A stretch of 63,098 nucleotides of DNA, counting the filler, from Phoronis australis (taxonomy: Eukaryota; Animalia; Phoronida): NCBI GenBank assembly GCA_002633005.1. It is 6 parts of 6 records of this genome, joined end to end, with 100 filler letters (N's around TTAATTAATTAA, not from the genome) between each part and the next. Parts side by side here need not be neighbours in the genome. Positions count along the whole stretch, not along the records: positions 56,895 to 63,098 come from NMRA01000176.1; 5 more parts are not named here. The stretch is one strand, 5' to 3'. The first letter of the stretch is position 1. The number at the start of each line of letters is the position of its first letter. The position numbers and the translations under genes were made by a program. The notes below the pieces were generated by a model that did not search any database, had not been told where the DNA came from, and saw nothing but the letters and a program-made list of their open reading frames with translations. Below are positions 61,040 through 63,098 of the stretch, piece after piece.

Positions 61040-62669
61040 TTTTTCATCCAAATAGACTCTCTAATCCGTCAAGATCTCAAGTTATTATGAATGAATTTTA
61101 AACCAGAACAAAGAATTGACCTCACCTTCTCCAAATCTATTAATGCTCTATTCCGTGTTGACCCGTCTTATGACCTTAAACTTAATGATGATATCAATCC
61201 TAGAAGACAGTCGCACAGACATCTGGGTATACTGTTAGATGAAAAACTCTCAATCACCCCTCACGTTCGGGAGCTCGACGTACAAAAAACTCACTTAAGC
61301 TTGTCTCTCGTCATCTGAATTCTACACACTTAGAAGTTTTGTTCAAATTCTTTATACTTCCAAACATCGATTATTGTGATATCATATATCAGTCTGCCAA
61401 TAAAGGTACGTGCACTCCAGCATTTGGAGAAGTTACAATATCAAGCTGCCTTACTCATAACTGGAGCTTACAGGGGATCCAATAGTATTAAGGTTTTGAA
61501 TAGTCTCAAGTGGCCCAAACTGTCTATGTATGAAAACCTCTTTCAAACATAACTCTGTGTTACGGTTTTACGTGGGTATATTCTAGAGATCTACAAGATA
61601 ATCTATTCACTATGCTGTCTAACTCTCAACTGAAAACTTGTTTGTCAGAACTAAAGATCATATGCTCATGAGTCATAATCAGATTTCAGAGAATTATTCT
61701 GCACAACTTACACAATCTATGATTCTAGCTACCAGGTTATGTTTTGAACTCTGCAAGTTTAATGAAAACCACGAATATAACAGTCTACTCGACGCAGTCT
61801 TCACGTGACCACAGTTACTTTCAAAGTAATAAACAATGTCAACAACGTTTCTGTCAAAAATATTTGATCTATACACTAGACAAGGCCATTGTAGTGATTT
61901 GAGATCCTCCACCTCATATGCAATTCCTCCGTCGTTCAGTCAGGAATTCAGAAGGTCTACAGTCATGATGTGCATCAACAACTTGAATTCTCTTCCAGTC
62001 TCTGTTGAGGAAAGCAACTCTTTTACGAGTATAATAATTTTAGAACTGTTTTTCATAATTTTGATAACTCAACACCCTTTCCCGCGATAACGAAATAGCA
62101 TTGTACAGATCAAGATGTGGTCTTTTCCTCAACTCTGACAAGTTCAGGCACAACTTTAGTAACGTCTCTCCGAACTGTAACTGTGGTGACCATCAATCTT
62201 ATCCTCATATTTTCTTCAAATGTCCCCTCATCGAATACCTGAGAGACTCACTCTTTCGTGTACTCAATGAAAACCAATCAATTGTTAACGCTCTTAATTC
62301 GTGTAATAATAGCCCTACTGGAGTTACATTATTATTGAATGGTAAATGTAGTCCTAACCTTGACCTCGTTTTCAACGAATTCCTCCTAAGCAACGTTAGT
62401 AAATATTTATGTACCGTTTATCAATATTGTTGCATCTGATTTCAATACATGAATCTGTACATATTTTTGTTCTTATATGTTTGTAATAGCATATCTAAGT
62501 ATTCGAATACTTATATTAGGTACTACTTAAAAGTATATACCTCTATGTATATTAGTTTCATTTATGAATTGTTTACAACCCAGATATAATGCTTCGCGAT
62601 TTCTGGGTTTGTCATTATTTCTTCGCATGTTCTGTGTATTCTTCAATAAATATATATCACTTAAAAAAA
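61040..62669 (+). mobile_element. Degenerate LINE (CR1/L2 group) ORF2 3' part, interrupted by a repeat at 61529-61782
   Basis: MNFKPE...SHRHLGILLDEKLS; FILPNIDYCDIIY; LEKLQYQAALLITGAYRG...LKWPKL; then the Cys/His knuckle ORF 62101-62439 and a polyA-like end. Confidence 0.8.
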
Positions 62670-63077
62670 CCTCATAGCAGAAAGTTGTGTCAATCAAATG
62701 TTGTTGGTTATAATGGAAGGTGGAAGCTTATTAAGATTCTGTTAAAGACCCATACAGCCTGCTGGTTAGAAAATCTCAAGTCAAATGTGCAAAGGACGGC
62801 TGGAACAGGATATTCGGTGTTCAGTAAACGTAACAAAAGGGATGGCAAACTGCCAAATTTGTAGTGCAACACGATTGATTTGACTTATTTTTGAAAGCGA
62901 AAGAGAAACAGAACACTTGTTGCGTATCCCGTGTCATAGGAAACGGTTGTCAAAGCAAACGGTGCTCGTTTCTCAGTATATAAGTGAACTTCAGAAACAA
63001 GTGACCTAGTAATAACAAAATAGCATTGCACAGATCAAGTGTTGGCTGAGCAGCAGGTAAGCACTAACAGCCGATTT

Positions 63078-63098
63078 CACACACACACACACACACAC
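63078..63098. repeat. (CA)n microsatellite
   Basis: Read directly at the window end. Confidence 0.9.

Overview
AT-rich, intron- and repeat-rich animal genomic DNA, probably from an invertebrate. It comes from a draft scaffold with five 100-bp N/TTAATTAATTAA linker gaps, one plain gap and one unmerged overlap. Most ORF-track ORFs are spurious; the real genes are spliced and I reconstructed them by hand. (1) A + strand PH-SH2 adaptor of the STAP1/STAP2 family (ATG 20415, exons to at least 33083) with an acidic Tyr-rich tail. (2) The 3' half of a - strand M28B metallopeptidase (GCPII/FOLH1/NAALADase-like; 10 exons, 51346 to the gap at 36945) with all Zn ligands intact but no arginine patch. (3) An unidentified - strand exon chain in the gap-bounded contig 33787-36844. 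Positions ~420-15570 are a diverged ~1.3-2 kb tandem array whose units keep exon-like cassettes. The array is interrupted by a 5.6-kb TTAA-flanked DNA transposon with Sola3-like transposase remnants. The rest holds Harbinger, hAT-type MITE, CR1/L2-type LINE and tRNA-derived remnants, minisatellites and hairpins. I see no CRISPR array or prokaryote-type system. Family assignments come from recalled motifs, not database searches.
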